Part shown: one piece after another, positions 44,375 to 54,442 of the stretch
How positions within the stretch are numbered: position 1 is the first letter of the stretch
How the letters are laid out: every line of letters begins with the position of its first letter
Source of the DNA: a virus
Taxonomy: Duplodnaviria; Caudoviricetes
DNA: 64,000 nt
Reading direction: 5' to 3' (one strand)
Virus record (IMG/VR): IMGVR_UViG_2844496579_000002
Span: 17,685-81,684 of that record
Program-made: the position numbers and the translations under genes
Notes under the pieces: generated by a model
Databases searched by the model: none
The model's input: only the letters and a program-made list of their open reading frames with translations
Told to the model about the DNA's origin: nothing

Positions 44375-46003
44375 GTGTCAAACGACAGCGTGGCAGTTGA
44401 AGTTATCCGCCGGCTTGGCGTCCTGAAGGGGCTGCGTTCCAAGCATGAACAGACGTGGCGGGACTGCTACGACTATTCCTTTCCCATCAGATCCCAAGGC
44501 TTTAACGGCGACACGGAAGATATTTCCGGCGTCCAGTCCAAGCGAGCCGAGTTGTGCGACACCACCAGCACGGATTCGGGACGCCAGTTGGCTTCCGGCA
44601 TCCAGACGGGTGTCACCCCAGCGAATTCGCGCTGGTTCGGCATGACGGTCTGGAAAGAAGTGGACGACGAAAAGACATGGCTGGATGAGTCGGCGGACAG
44701 CCTCTGGAAAGCTATCCACGCCAGCAACTTCGATGCGGACTCGTTCGAATGCATGCTGGATATTGTCGCCGTCGGCTGGTTCGTGCTCTTCATCGGCGAG
44801 AGCGTCGATGAAGATGGATCGATCAACGGATTTCACTTTGAGCAGTGGCCAACGTCTCAGTGCTACTGCGCCGCCTCTAAGCCTGGCGGCCCGATCGATA
44901 CGGTGTATCGCCCTTACACGCTGACAGTCGAGCAATGCGTTTCCGAGTTCGGCATCGGCAACGTCTCGGAGAAAGTGCGGGATCTGTACGAAAACGAGAA
45001 GTTCGACGAGCCGGTAAACCTGACCCATGCAATCTACCCGCGCCGCGAAGGCCGCGCGGGTGCGGTGCGGGCCAAGAACATGCCGTTTGCGTCCGTGCAT
45101 GTCGACTGCGACAGCAAGGCCACCATGCGGGAATCCGGCTACCACGAGCGGCCCTTCACCGCACCGCGCTGGACGCTGATCCCGCAGTCCAGCTATGCCA
45201 TCGGCCCCATGTTCGATGCGCTGCCCGACGTCAAGTCGCTCAACAAGCTTTCCAAGATGGAACTTGCCGCCGTCGACCTGGCCGTGTCCGGCATGTGGAT
45301 CGCCAAGGATGACGGCGTGCTAAACCCCCAGACCGTCAAAGTGGGCCCGCGCAAGATCATCGTGGCCAACGACACCGACAGCATGAAGGCGCTGCAAACC
45401 GGTGCCGACTTCAACGTGTCGTTCACGAAAAAGGAGCAGTTGCAGGCTCAGATCCGCAAAACGCTGATGGCCGACCAATTGCCACCGATGGAAGGACAGC
45501 CGCGCACGGCCACTGAGTTCCATGTGCGGGTCAACCTTATCCGTCAGCTACTCGGCCCGGTCTATGGTCGCCTGCAAGCTGAATACCTGCAGCCGCTGAT
45601 CGCGCGCTGTTTCGGCCTCGCATTCCGGGGCGGTCTCTTCGACCCTCCGCCGCAGTCGCTAGCCGGGCGGCCCTACACAGTGGTCTACCTGTCTCCCATG
45701 GCCAAGAGCCAGAAAATGGAGGAAGTCAGCGCCATCGAGGGCAGTTTTGCTTCGGTGGCAGCGCTGGCGCAGGAAAAGGGCGACCCCACAGTCTGGGACA
45801 GCTTTGACGTGGACGAAGGTGTGCGCCTGGCTGCGGATGGTCGCGGCATCCCGGCGAAGCTTATCCGGAGCCCGGAACAAGTGGCGGCGATCCGAAAGCA
45901 ACGCGCAGAAATGCAACAGGAGGCACAGCAGCAGGCCATGCAGGACCAGATCGGCATGGAGGCCGCTAGCGCGTCTGTCCAGCAAGCGGCGACCAACCAA
46001 TGA
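44375..46003 (+). CDS. Portal (head-tail connector, T7 gp8-type)
   Basis: LASG...TP.NSRWF, P..APRW...Y..GP..ALPD.K.LN, TATE..R...LGPV.GRL..E.L.PLI.R. Confidence 0.93.
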   Translation: MSNDSVAVEVIRRLGVLKGLRSKHEQTWRDCYDYSFPIRSQGFNGDTEDISGVQSKRAELCDTTSTDSGRQLASGIQTGVTPANSRWFGMTVWKEVDDEKTWLDESADSLWKAIHASNFDADSFECMLDIVAVGWFVLFIGESVDEDGSINGFHFEQWPTSQCYCAASKPGGPIDTVYRPYTLTVEQCVSEFGIGNVSEKVRDLYENEKFDEPVNLTHAIYPRREGRAGAVRAKNMPFASVHVDCDSKATMRESGYHERPFTAPRWTLIPQSSYAIGPMFDALPDVKSLNKLSKMELAAVDLAVSGMWIAKDDGVLNPQTVKVGPRKIIVANDTDSMKALQTGADFNVSFTKKEQLQAQIRKTLMADQLPPMEGQPRTATEFHVRVNLIRQLLGPVYGRLQAEYLQPLIARCFGLAFRGGLFDPPPQSLAGRPYTVVYLSPMAKSQKMEEVSAIEGSFASVAALAQEKGDPTVWDSFDVDEGVRLAADGRGIPAKLIRSPEQVAAIRKQRAEMQQEAQQQAMQDQIGMEAASASVQQAATNQ

Positions 46004-46233
46004 GCGTAGATCCGTCGGTTTACAAGGCGATCTTCGAAGACGACCGGCGCGGCGCGGCGGTGTTGGAAGACCTGGTGCGCCGATTCTCCCGGCCCGCCGC
46101 GACCGAGGGCGGCATCGACGCCGTGCTCAAAACCTACCAACGCGACGGCATGCGCCAGGTGTGCGAATTCATCGTTACGCAGATAAACCGGGCGAACGGC
46201 GTCCCGGACCCTAACGCCGACCAAGGAGAGTAA
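46000..46233 (+). CDS. Bbp19-like small protein
   Basis: Y..IF....G..VLEDL...F....G.RQV...I. Confidence 0.75.
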   Translation: MSVDPSVYKAIFEDDRRGAAVLEDLVRRFSRPAATEGGIDAVLKTYQRDGMRQVCEFIVTQINRANGVPDPNADQGE

Positions 46234-46236
46234 ACA

Positions 46237-47133
46237 ATGTGGAAACGTCATTTCCCGGTCATGAACGAAGCCGGCGCGGAGGGTGGTGGCGGCGGTGGTG
46301 GCGATGCCGCGGCCGCTGGCTCCGACGCCAGTAGCACGGTTGCACAAGACCCTGCAGCCGCTGCCGCCACCGCCAAAGTTGCTGAAGCCGGGGCGGATCA
46401 ATCGCTGCTGTCCAAGGGCGCAGGCACCGACACATCCACGCCAGGCGACTGGATCCCCGAAAAGTTCCAGATCAAGAACGAAGCCGGCGACCTGGATATC
46501 GAGGCGTCCGCGCGAAAGCTGGCCGAGAGCTATGGCCACCTGGAAAAGCGCAACGGCTCCGCGGATGCGCCTCCCAAAACCCATACCGACTACGCGATCA
46601 CCCCGCCGGACGCTTTCAAGGACATTGACGTCCGGTCCGATCCCGACATGGGCGAGTTTCTGGAAAGCGCGCATAAAGCGGGCATGTCGCAAAAGCAGAT
46701 CGACGTCGTAATGGATGCCTACTTCAAGATGGCGCCGAAGCTGGCCCAGGGTGCTGCGGAGTTCGACCAAGAACAGGCTACCGAGCACCTGCAGGCAAAG
46801 TGGGGAACCGGCCGCGAGTTTGAGCGGCACGCAGGCCTGGCCCACGCGGCGACCAGCGCCGCTATCCAGAAATCCGGCGTCAGCATGGAAGAAGTGGAGC
46901 AGTCCGGCCTGGGCAATCACCCCGTGTTCCTGCGTCTCATGGCGGGCCTGGGTTCCGAGTTCCAGGAAGACCGGCCCGTCGGCGGCCATGCCCAGCGCGT
47001 CACGGAAGACTCCGTGCGCGAAATGGAACTGTCCGAGGCATACCGCAACCCGCGCCACCCCCAGCACGATGCAGTCAGCAAGCAGGTTCGCGCCTACTAC
47101 GAACGCAGGCACGGCACCGAAGCCGTGATGTAG
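46237..47133 (+). CDS. Scaffolding protein
   Basis: PEKF, SY.HLEK, GNHP.F.R....G.E..ED, Y.NP.HP.H. Confidence 0.82.
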   Translation: MWKRHFPVMNEAGAEGGGGGGGDAAAAGSDASSTVAQDPAAAAATAKVAEAGADQSLLSKGAGTDTSTPGDWIPEKFQIKNEAGDLDIEASARKLAESYGHLEKRNGSADAPPKTHTDYAITPPDAFKDIDVRSDPDMGEFLESAHKAGMSQKQIDVVMDAYFKMAPKLAQGAAEFDQEQATEHLQAKWGTGREFERHAGLAHAATSAAIQKSGVSMEEVEQSGLGNHPVFLRLMAGLGSEFQEDRPVGGHAQRVTEDSVREMELSEAYRNPRHPQHDAVSKQVRAYYERRHGTEAVM

Positions 47134-47139
47134 CACCTC

Positions 47140-47177
47140 AAAAAGTCGGGATTCCGACACCCCTCAAGCGTGACCAT
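47140..47177 (+). promoter_or_regulatory. Late promoter motif, copy 2
   Basis: AAAAAGTCGGGATTCCGAC-13nt-GACCAT, upstream of the capsid gene. Confidence 0.75.
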
Positions 47178-47331
47178 TGCGGGCATTCAACCGGCCCGCA
47201 TGGCACGCGGACAACCGGAAAGAGCCCTCCCAGTGGTGCGGTAGCCGGCAGCAGTGGGCGACTCCCGGGCCCGGAAATCCGGACAACCCGAAAGGCGAAT
47301 TGAACAGACCAATTTCCCTTTGGAGTTTTCC

Positions 47332-48201
47332 ATGTCCAATACGATCACCCAAGCATTCGTCGTCCAGTGGGACAACCAAATCCGTCTGCAAGCCCAGCAG
47401 ATGGAATCCCGCCTTGCCGGTTCGGTCCATGACCGCGGCAACATCACTGGTGAATCGTTCACGGCCAACCGCCTGGCGCCGCTGGACGACATGCCCGAGA
47501 ACACGGTGCGCCACGGCGACACCGTTTTTTCCGAAGCCACCCACAGCACGCGCGTTGCGCTGATGCGCGATTTCTTCCAAGCGCTGCCGGTCGACCGCAA
47601 CGACGAACCGAAGCTGCTGGCCAACCCGCTGTCTGGCTCCTACAACCAGTCATTGGTTTCGTCGCACAACCGCCGTAAGGACGACATCATCTTCAAGGCA
47701 CTGATCGGCAATGCTCAGACCAAGGAAGGCGCACAGATTGCGCTGCCGTCGTCGCAGATCATCGCTGCCGGCGGCACGGGATTCACCAAGGCCAAGCTGA
47801 TCCTGGCCCGCAAGATGTTCCGCAAGAACGAAGCCGATCAGCACGCGGGCGAGCAACTGAACATCGTCTACACGTCCGACATGCTGGAAGACATCCTCGC
47901 GGACACGACGCTCACCAGCGCTGACTTCCTGGCCGTGAAGATGCTCCAAGACGGCGACGTCGCTGGCCGCTGGATGGGCTTCAAGTGGATCCCGTACGAG
48001 GCCGTGCAGGTCACCGGCGGCACCACGGCGCGCATCGCGGCCTGGACCAATAGCGCCCTGCACTTCGGCTCTGGCTACGTGGAAGGCACGGCAGGCCGCC
48101 GCAAGGACAAAAAGAACCTGATGCAGGTGGATATGGCCGCTTCCCACGGCGCGGTGCGCGTCGAGGAAGAGAAAGTCGTCGCCATCGACTTCGTCATCTA
48201 A
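47332..48201 (+). CDS. Major capsid protein
   Basis: ITQAFV.Q.....AQQ.ESRL, R.KDD.I, TSADF..VK.L..G...WMGF.W, GAVR.EEEKVV.I. Confidence 0.9.
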   Translation: MSNTITQAFVVQWDNQIRLQAQQMESRLAGSVHDRGNITGESFTANRLAPLDDMPENTVRHGDTVFSEATHSTRVALMRDFFQALPVDRNDEPKLLANPLSGSYNQSLVSSHNRRKDDIIFKALIGNAQTKEGAQIALPSSQIIAAGGTGFTKAKLILARKMFRKNEADQHAGEQLNIVYTSDMLEDILADTTLTSADFLAVKMLQDGDVAGRWMGFKWIPYEAVQVTGGTTARIAAWTNSALHFGSGYVEGTAGRRKDKKNLMQVDMAASHGAVRVEEEKVVAIDFVI

Positions 48202-48228
48202 CGCATCGCATCGATCAAGGAGAACACC

Positions 48229-48687
48229 ATGGCTGAAGTCAATAGCGTTCAGGCGCAGAAAGTGGCGGACCGCAAGAAGTTGATGCCCGCTGAATCCCAC
48301 GGCCGCCAGCGCGTGCTGGTTGCTACCCTCCCGGCGGTCCATGCCGCCTATGCCGTGAATGACACCATCCTGCTCGGCACGGTGCCGGTCAATTCGCGGT
48401 TTCTGACGGGCGCCGTGGCGTCGGTTGGCGGAGCCGGCACTGCCAGTTCGGTTGTGGGCATCGGTATCCGCAACGCCAAGACGCAGGTTGTTATCGATGC
48501 CGACGGCGTGGCCGATGGCGTGGACATTTCGGCGGCCGGGAAGATCGCGGCCGACACCGGCGTACTGGTGGCCGCCGCTGCCGACTACATCACGCCGGCT
48601 GATGTCGAGGTTTACGCGACGGTCCTGGGGGCTGTGCTGGCTGCCAACCAGCAGATCCGCTTCGAAATTCCGTACGTCACGGACTGA
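48229..48687 (+). CDS. Capsid cement/decoration protein
   Basis: Beta-rich 152 aa directly after the capsid gene, AAGGAG RBS. Confidence 0.7.
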   Translation: MAEVNSVQAQKVADRKKLMPAESHGRQRVLVATLPAVHAAYAVNDTILLGTVPVNSRFLTGAVASVGGAGTASSVVGIGIRNAKTQVVIDADGVADGVDISAAGKIAADTGVLVAAAADYITPADVEVYATVLGAVLAANQQIRFEIPYVTD

Positions 48688-48729
48688 TCGTAACGGTGGT
48701 CATCCTCCCTGGTTTCCAGGTGGAAGTTG

Positions 48730-48754
48730 CCGGGGGCTAGTCCCCCGGTTTTTT
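48730..48754 (+). terminator. Rho-independent terminator after the head genes
   Basis: CCGGGGG-CTAG-TCCCCCGG-TTTTTT. Confidence 0.8.
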
Positions 48755-48769
48755 ATTTCAGGTGTCGAA

Positions 48770-49351
48770 ATGCCAACAGCCAGTGCCGTCTCCATTTGCT
48801 CCAACGCCCTGCAGCGGCTGGGCTCAGACCCTATCAGCAGCTTTGAGGACGGCACAAAATTCGCCGGCCTGTGCGGCAATGTCTGGCCCACGGTGCGCGA
48901 TGAACTTCTTGGTGCGCACAGTTGGAATTGCTGTGTCAAGCGCGTGCAGCTTTCGCCGCTATCTCAGCCGCCCGAGTTCGACTATCCCTATCAGTTCCAG
49001 CTTCCCAGCGACTGGATGAAGACCCTCCAGGTGGGCAAGCGGGGCTACGTGATGGACTACACCATGGAGGGGCGCCGGATCCTGGCTCACGTCAACCTGC
49101 TGCCTCTGAAATACGTCTGGCGCAATGACGTGCCCGCCAGTTGGGACGATTCGATGGTGCTGGCTGCTGAATTGAAGATGACGGCGGCGATAGCCTACGC
49201 CGTGACGGCATCTACCACGTTGCGCGACAGCTATGCGGGCGAGGCTGAAATGGCACTCAAGAAAGCCAAGACCAAAGACGGGCAGGACGTGCCCCCCGAT
49301 GAGATGGGCGGCTACCCCACGTACGAAGCACGATTTGGCGGGGGGCTGTAA
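48770..49351 (+). CDS. Tail tubular protein A / adaptor
   Basis: ICSNAL..LG..PI.S, RD.LL..H.W, YQFQLP.D. Confidence 0.82.
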   Translation: MPTASAVSICSNALQRLGSDPISSFEDGTKFAGLCGNVWPTVRDELLGAHSWNCCVKRVQLSPLSQPPEFDYPYQFQLPSDWMKTLQVGKRGYVMDYTMEGRRILAHVNLLPLKYVWRNDVPASWDDSMVLAAELKMTAAIAYAVTASTTLRDSYAGEAEMALKKAKTKDGQDVPPDEMGGYPTYEARFGGGL

Positions 49352-51528
49352 TGCCGAAGCTCGACAGCATCCAAACCAATTTCACGGCCGGTGAGCTATC
49401 TCCGAAGGTGCGCGGCCGAGTTGATATATCCCGCTACCAGAACGGCGCAGAGATTCTGGAAAACGTGGTGGTAGACATTTACGGCGGCGTGTCGCGAGCG
49501 CCAGGCACCGCATATGTGGCGCCCACGGCGCACGCTGACAGGCAGAGCCGCCTTATCCCATTCACCTTCAACCGATCGTCCGCCTACGCTCTGGAGTTCG
49601 GTCACCAACTGATGCGCGTCTTCAAGGCTGGCGCGGGTCAGGTGTTGGTGGGCGGGACTCCCTATCAGATCACCACCCCCTACACAGACGTGCAAGTCCA
49701 GGAACTGCGGTTTGCACAGGTGGCCGACACAATCTTTATCGCGCATCCAGCACACCCGATCCACATCGTGCGTCGGCTTGCGGACGATAGCTGGGTCATC
49801 ACGCCAGCGCCGTTCTCGGTCCTGCCTTTTGCCGAAACCGGCCACGTATTCCCTGGCGTTGGCCTGGTGCTGAGCCTGACCACGGTTGGCACGGGGCGAA
49901 CGGCAACTGCGTCTACGACCGGCGCTTTCATGCCGGCTGACGTAGGACGCCGCATCACCTACCTGACCGGCGTGGCCATCGTCACGCAGTACCTAACGTC
50001 GCAACAGGTCGAAATCGAGATCACGAGCCCGTTCTCTGCGCTCGGAGTCCCCGCTGGGCAATGGGTTTTGGAAGACTCGCCACAGGCAATTCTGACTCCC
50101 TCCGCAAAGGGAACGGTGGGCCAGTCGATCACCATGACCCTGGACATCCAAGGATGGCGCGCTACGGCGGACGTTGGTCGATTCGTGAAGGTAAATCGCG
50201 GGCTGGTGCAGATCACCGGAGTAACGAGTCCGACCGTAGCCACGGGTGTTGTCAAGGCTGACATGGATTCCAATGTGGCGGCTCAACCAGGATCATGGAT
50301 CATCCAAGCGGCCGCCTGGGGTGGAGTCAATGGATACCCGACAGCGGTCACGTTCAACGAGCAGCGTTTGGTAGCCGGCGGCACCACCAAGTACCCGAAT
50401 GGGATTTGGGGCAGCCGAACAGGCCTTTATTTGGACTTTACCAGCGGCGACCAGGACACCGATTCCTACTTCTATGCTCTGGACGGAGAGGGAAATTCGA
50501 TCGAGCATCTGGCCTCAGTGCGTGCGTTGATGGTACTGACGCTTGGTGGGGAATGGACGATGCTGGGTGGCGTCGAAAAGCCCTTGACCCCGACCAACGT
50601 GCGAGCAAAGGACGGGTCGGTGTACGGCACCGCGGCTGCACGTCCCCTTAGAGTGGGCGACGAACTTCTGTTCGTGCAGCGCTCCGCCCGAAAAGTGCGC
50701 GCAATGGGCTACAGCCTGGAGCGTGATTCGTACTCTGCACCCAACCTGACAACGCTGGCCGAGCACATTACCGAATCGGGTGTGAAGGAAATGACATTCC
50801 AGCAGGAACCTGCGTCGCTAGTCTGGGGTGTGCTGAACAGCGGTCGAATGGTGTCGTTGACCATTGACCGGGACGAGGGTGTTACGGCCTGGTGCCAGCA
50901 TGGCACGGACGGTTTCTATGAATCGGTGTGCAGCGTTCCTGCCGGCGAGGCCGATGAGGTCTGGGCAGTCGTGCGCCGGCTGGTAAATGGGCAGACGGTT
51001 CGCTACGTGGAGAAGCTGCGGACGGACTATTTCGTCCATTCGGGAATTGAAGGACACGACCCGGCCGGCTCGCAGGTGTGGGCCGGTCTGAATCACTTGG
51101 AAGGCAAGACGGTCCAGATTCGGGCGGATGGCACCAAGCAGCCCGACATGGTGGTGACGGGCGGCCAGGTCACCTTGCCGCGCGCTGCGATAGATGTGCA
51201 GATAGGCCTGAAGGTCATACCCAGAATAAAGCTGTTGCGCCCTGAGGTGCAGACTCAAACCGGCACGGCCCAAGCCAGCCAGATGCGCACACACAAGATC
51301 TCCATCCTTTTCCTCGACACAGTGGGCGTGAAGATCAACGGCCAGCAGCGAGCCACACGCAGATTTGGCCCAGGAATCCTGGACAAGCCGCCAGCGCCGC
51401 TTTCCGGTTGGGATGCTGTGGGTGAACTGGGCTGGGACACCGGCGAGTCGCCTATCGAGATTACCCAGGATTCCCCGATGCCTTTTCACATTCTGGCGGT
51501 AGTCCGCCACTGGACGACAAACTCATGA
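49351..51528 (+). CDS. Tail tubular protein B / nozzle
   Basis: QTNFTAGELSP..GR.D..Y..G, R.PGT, GYP..V.F.EQRL. Confidence 0.88.
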   Translation: MPKLDSIQTNFTAGELSPKVRGRVDISRYQNGAEILENVVVDIYGGVSRAPGTAYVAPTAHADRQSRLIPFTFNRSSAYALEFGHQLMRVFKAGAGQVLVGGTPYQITTPYTDVQVQELRFAQVADTIFIAHPAHPIHIVRRLADDSWVITPAPFSVLPFAETGHVFPGVGLVLSLTTVGTGRTATASTTGAFMPADVGRRITYLTGVAIVTQYLTSQQVEIEITSPFSALGVPAGQWVLEDSPQAILTPSAKGTVGQSITMTLDIQGWRATADVGRFVKVNRGLVQITGVTSPTVATGVVKADMDSNVAAQPGSWIIQAAAWGGVNGYPTAVTFNEQRLVAGGTTKYPNGIWGSRTGLYLDFTSGDQDTDSYFYALDGEGNSIEHLASVRALMVLTLGGEWTMLGGVEKPLTPTNVRAKDGSVYGTAAARPLRVGDELLFVQRSARKVRAMGYSLERDSYSAPNLTTLAEHITESGVKEMTFQQEPASLVWGVLNSGRMVSLTIDRDEGVTAWCQHGTDGFYESVCSVPAGEADEVWAVVRRLVNGQTVRYVEKLRTDYFVHSGIEGHDPAGSQVWAGLNHLEGKTVQIRADGTKQPDMVVTGGQVTLPRAAIDVQIGLKVIPRIKLLRPEVQTQTGTAQASQMRTHKISILFLDTVGVKINGQQRATRRFGPGILDKPPAPLSGWDAVGELGWDTGESPIEITQDSPMPFHILAVVRHWTTNS

Positions 51529-52445
51529 TTCGCGTCGCAACCCTTCAAGACGTGCCCGCGGTAGTTGCGCTTGCCCAAGCATTTCACCGCGAAAGCGCTT
51601 ACCGGAACACGGAGTTCCTACCCAGCAAAGTCACCGACTTATTCAGCGGGCTTTTGGATGAGCCGCGGGGAACGCTGCTCGTCGCGGAAGAGGGCGGGGT
51701 GCTGATTGGCTTCTTGTCTGGCGGCATCGGCCAAGACTATTTCGGCGATGGCCTATTCGCATTTGAGCACGGCGTCTATGTGGTGCCAGAGCGGCGTGGC
51801 GGCATGGCCGGCCCGCGCTTGGTGCAGGCATTTCTAAGCTGGGCAGAAGGCCTGGGAGTTCCGCGCAAGCACATGGCTATCAGCACTGGCATTGCGACTG
51901 AGCGGACTGGCGCGCTTTATCAGCATCTGGGCGGCGAGAACACCGGCGCCCTCTATTCTTGGGGCTGTGATATGGCTTGGGCACCACTTGTTGCGATGGG
52001 CGTGTCTGCGGTGGGCGGAATCATGTCCGCGAAGGGTCAGCAGGACGCCGGACAAGCCTCTCAAGAGGCCGACTATGAGCAGGCACAGCAGATGAACGTC
52101 GAGGCCGCCCAGGTGCGGCAGGCGGCCAAGGAGCAGGCGGAGAAGATCCGCAAGGCTGGTCGCACGGTTCAATCTCAGGCACGCGCCGCCTATGGCGCAT
52201 CTGGCGTATCGGTGGACGTTGGAACACCGGTTGAAGTTGGCGAACAAATCGAGCAGGACGCCGAAAGCGATGCCTATGCGGCAATCCTGTCTGGACGCCG
52301 GCAGGCTAAGAATCTTGATTATCAGGCCGACATGACCCGGCGCCACGGGTCGTCAGCAGCAGCTGCGGGCAACACGGCGGCCACTGCCTCCTTGCTATCT
52401 ACCGCGGGGAACGTTTATGGGCAGTGGCGAAAGGGGAGTGCGTAA
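51525..52445 (+). CDS. GNAT-fold protein (51525-~51970) read in frame with an internal virion protein (ATG 51972)
   Basis: MIR.AT..D, YV.PERRGG..G.RL; second part A.YGASGV...GTP, typical of small ejection proteins. Confidence 0.75.
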   Translation: MIRVATLQDVPAVVALAQAFHRESAYRNTEFLPSKVTDLFSGLLDEPRGTLLVAEEGGVLIGFLSGGIGQDYFGDGLFAFEHGVYVVPERRGGMAGPRLVQAFLSWAEGLGVPRKHMAISTGIATERTGALYQHLGGENTGALYSWGCDMAWAPLVAMGVSAVGGIMSAKGQQDAGQASQEADYEQAQQMNVEAAQVRQAAKEQAEKIRKAGRTVQSQARAAYGASGVSVDVGTPVEVGEQIEQDAESDAYAAILSGRRQAKNLDYQADMTRRHGSSAAAAGNTAATASLLSTAGNVYGQWRKGSA

Positions 52446-54442
52446 TGAGGATTCCAACTGGAGATTTCGGTAATGCGGTAGCGCGCCCGGCGTCAGCGCC
52501 GCAGGTGGGCCCGGGCTCGTTCGGCGGGCAGGAAGCCGCTGCACAGGTGCAGATGGGCCAGGCTGTGCAGCAGGTCGGTAACGAGTTGGCGGCGCGGCAG
52601 CAAGACCTGAACCGCATTAAGTCCATCCGCACCATGGCCGAGGCCAAAAACAGCCTCTATACCCTGGAAGACGAGATCACCCAGGGAATCAGCAAGGGTG
52701 ATATCGATCCCGCCGAAGCACAGAAGATCTGGGGCGAACGATCCCCCAAGCTGGTTAGCGACCGCCTGGCAAGTATCGGCGCCGAACATCGCGAGCTGAT
52801 CAATGCGCAACTGACGGACACGTCTAACGCGCTGGCCGGCCGAGTGCGCGACGCGGCGACCAAGCGCACGCAGCAGAATATTGGCGGGGAGTTGACCGCT
52901 TTGGGAGGGGAACTTGAGCGCGAGGCCGTGCGCGACCGTGCTGGTGCCAATGCCAAGTACGAGGCGAGCGTGCGAGGCATGGGCCCGCAGGCAGGAATGA
53001 CACCGGCGCAGATCGAAACGGCGGTTCTGCGGTTTAAGGAAAGCAGCGCCAACACGGTGGCGTACACGGCGCTGAACGCCGCTCGCAACAGCGGTCAGGC
53101 ATTGGGTGAATTTGAGAAGCGTCTAACGTCGGACGAGTTCGCCGACCTGGACCCCCAGCGGCGCGCGGTGCTGCTGAACACCACGGCAGGCTACAAGACG
53201 GCGCTGGAGCAGCGCGCGTTGGCGCAGGCGCAGCGCGCTGAAATCCAGGCGGCAAAGCGCGACCGGCAGGCGGCTGGGGTCTATACCCAGGCCGTTACCT
53301 TGGCGACTGAAGGCAAGAAGCTGGATCCCAATTGGATTGCCGGAGCAGCCCAGCAAGTCGCGGGCACTCCGTATGAGGCGGGATTCAAGGCCGCGGTTGA
53401 GCAAGCGCCAGCCGGCACGGCGTTCGCCATGCAGCCGCTGCGCGACCAGCGCGAAATGCTGGATGGGCTGCTGGCCGAAGGTAACAAAATCGGGTGGACT
53501 CCCACCCGTCAGGACCAGTACGACAAAGCGCAAAAGTCCTATGAGACGTCCCAACGCGAATACAAGGAAGATCCCCTGCGCGCCGCTGTCGATCGGAACG
53601 TGCTGCCCGAGCTGGCGCCGCTGGATGTGTCTGGCGGCATTGCCGGGATCACGCAGGGGGTGCAAGCCCGGCTTGAGCAGGCCAAGCAGGTCGAGGTCGT
53701 GGCGGGGCGCCCGGTGTCGCCGTTCACGTCGGACGAAGCTGTGCAGGTCGCTACGTTGTTCAACGGGATGCCCACTGACCAGCGTGCCACCACTCTCGCA
53801 AATCTATCGAAGACTGTAGGACCGCGCACCATGTCGGCCATCGCCGCCCAGTTGGACAACAAGGATCGCAGCTTGGCCCTGGCTGCGGCATTGGGCGACC
53901 AGCAGCGCCCGAATGGCGGCCTGGTTTCCGAGCAGATCCTTCGCGGCGAACAGGCCATGAAGGACAAGCGCGTGCCCGATGCTGATGTGACTCGCTGGCG
54001 CACCGAGATTGCCGCCGAGGTGCGCGGCGTCTTCGCCACCCCGGAAATGGAAGACGCGGTAATCGACGCCGCCGTGCGCGTGCGCGCGGATGCCGACGTC
54101 CGGCGCGCGGGCCGCAGCATTCGCAATGCCATCGATACCGTCTCGGGGAGCATTGTGGATTTCAACGGCGGCAAGATTCCCCTTCCGCTGGGCATGACCG
54201 AGAGCCAATTCGAGCGCGGTCTGGTGGCGCTAACCCCGGACAGCTTCACCGACCAGGCGCCGGATGGAAACGTCTTCGTCGCGGGCAAGGCGGTACCCGT
54301 TGCGGATTTCGTCAAGGATCTGCCTAACGCGGTCCTGCGTCACGCAGGCCAGGGAATCTACACGGTGTCGTCCGGCACGGGATTTGTATTGAATCAAGCC
54401 GGTCAACCGGTGATCGTGAGGATCAACAATGGCACTCGATGA
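52445..54442 (+). CDS. Internal virion (ejection) protein
   Basis: Long helical A/Q-rich ORF at the T7 gp15-type position. Confidence 0.75.
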   Translation: MRIPTGDFGNAVARPASAPQVGPGSFGGQEAAAQVQMGQAVQQVGNELAARQQDLNRIKSIRTMAEAKNSLYTLEDEITQGISKGDIDPAEAQKIWGERSPKLVSDRLASIGAEHRELINAQLTDTSNALAGRVRDAATKRTQQNIGGELTALGGELEREAVRDRAGANAKYEASVRGMGPQAGMTPAQIETAVLRFKESSANTVAYTALNAARNSGQALGEFEKRLTSDEFADLDPQRRAVLLNTTAGYKTALEQRALAQAQRAEIQAAKRDRQAAGVYTQAVTLATEGKKLDPNWIAGAAQQVAGTPYEAGFKAAVEQAPAGTAFAMQPLRDQREMLDGLLAEGNKIGWTPTRQDQYDKAQKSYETSQREYKEDPLRAAVDRNVLPELAPLDVSGGIAGITQGVQARLEQAKQVEVVAGRPVSPFTSDEAVQVATLFNGMPTDQRATTLANLSKTVGPRTMSAIAAQLDNKDRSLALAAALGDQQRPNGGLVSEQILRGEQAMKDKRVPDADVTRWRTEIAAEVRGVFATPEMEDAVIDAAVRVRADADVRRAGRSIRNAIDTVSGSIVDFNGGKIPLPLGMTESQFERGLVALTPDSFTDQAPDGNVFVAGKAVPVADFVKDLPNAVLRHAGQGIYTVSSGTGFVLNQAGQPVIVRINNGTR

